The translations under genes and the position numbers were made by a program. Below the pieces are notes generated by a model, which was given only the letters and a program-made list of their open reading frames with translations, was not told the origin of the DNA and made no database searches. Source: Octopus bimaculoides (taxonomy: Eukaryota). From it: a stretch of 64,000 nt of DNA. The stretch is taken from the NCBI RefSeq assembly GCF_001194135.2, contig NC_068981.1:191764555-191828554 (forward strand), given 5' to 3'. Shown piece after piece: positions 62,976-64,000 of the stretch. The first letter of the stretch is position 1; every line of letters starts with the position of its first letter.

Positions 62976-63795
62976 ACAAGGACACGTAAGGTATTTGGGC
63001 TGAAAAGAAAACACAATATCCAATCCAAAAATAAAAGTATTTTAGAAAACCAAAAAATAGCAACTGGATTATGGCTGGGAATTGACAGTTTACTTAAAGT
63101 AGCCACGCTCAGCTTCCACCATGAGCTCAAGATATCTCTGGAATCTAGCACACATGTTCCTCACTGTGTCCCTGGGAAGATCTTTTAATATGTGCTTGAT
63201 CTTCATCACCAGCTCAGTCTTGGTATTGCAGACAGAACGGTTAGTGTCTTTCTTGACTGTACCCCACAGGTAGTAATCCATGGGATCATAACTGGGGTGA
63301 ATTAGGAGGCCAGAAATTGGGGCTGGTGAATTTGTGGAAATTCTCTGATAACCACTTCTGGCTCTTTCCAGAAGTATGGTAAGGAGCCAAATCCTGCTGC
63401 TTCACATATATAGCCTTCCAGCAACAACCCTCTCCAGCTGGGGATTGACCACAGTCTCTAGCAGCTTCACATGGTTGTCTGAATTGAACCAAAGGCCCTG
63501 TCCAAAGATGTGGGGTGTGGACATAGAACACTTGCTGCATCACTTCCTGCTGGCCATGGCTTTGCAGTTTCCATTGCAGCAGTCCATGTCACATCTTACA
63601 GTCTTAACAGTGTTCACAGCAGTGAGCAGCAGTCATGATGTTGGGATTTTGATACCTGGTGCAAGTCATCATGATACCAGTATTTCTTCTTTAATCTTTA
63701 TGCTCTCCAATACGATTAACTATTCACCAATACAGCAAGCTGTTCATGAAAAAAGAAGAAATTAAAAAACAATCAAATTTAACCCAACCACCCTG
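62976..63795 (-). mobile_element. Tc1/mariner (maT-like, DD37D) transposon relic
   Basis: Reverse strand QQDLAPYHTSGKSQKWLSENF...FWPPNSP[+1 nt]..PMDYYLWG...RGYFK*; 37 residues between the two Asp after removing the insertion; likely terminus cagggtggttgggttaaatttg at 63795. Confidence 0.85.
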
Positions 63796-63956
63796 TGTGT
63801 GTGTGTGTATGTATGTATGTATAAGTTAAAAGTTTTTATTTTTCATTCCCTTCGAAATTGCTCTTAAATGTGGCTTTGGTTGTTTTCACTGCTACTTCTA
63901 GCATGTAAGGCTGCCTGTTAAGAGTTGCCTCTTTTGTTTTTAAATGTACAGTAATG

Positions 63957-63957
<1 letters not shown>

Positions 63958-64000
<43 letters not shown>
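63958..64000. repeat. (TA)n microsatellite running off the window
   Basis: Read directly. Confidence 0.95.

Noticed and set aside
63376-63765. 129-aa plus-strand ORF
   Set aside because: Antisense shadow of the mariner transposase relic.

Overview
Eukaryotic, AT-rich, repeat-saturated DNA, almost certainly from an octopus. This is inferred from the tRNA-derived SINE families, RTE tails ending in (GAT)n, and a cytochrome b relic that reads in the invertebrate mitochondrial code. None of the supplied ORFs is an intact gene: they are microsatellite read-throughs, chance ORFs or transposon relics. The real gene is on the + strand in tiny exons that the ORF track misses. Exons at 40138-40209 and 50970-51010 splice in frame to RDKGQISRIKKLKRRISASFGRLTISKEETIHESDHE, which resembles the N-terminus of PFTAIRE kinases (CDK14/Eip63E). 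Two candidate starts both join in the required phase 1. One is MCCCSAE (6133-6153) plus a 16-nt micro-exon EIQIK (9795-9810). The other is MQSGKFDINTRMYTTLLR (9917-9971). The kinase domain must lie beyond the window. The introns (about 3.6, 30, 10.8 and >13 kb) hold RTE and CR1/L2 LINE relics, many SINEs, Tigger and maT-type DNA transposons, piggyBac-type MITEs, a canonical non-autonomous Helitron, a Helentron/HINE, a cytb NUMT, long fold-back hairpins, and two Penelope-type minimal hammerhead ribozyme motifs in the sense of the pre-mRNA. Repeat boundaries are approximate (tens of bp). Family assignments are by eye and from memory, not from database searches.
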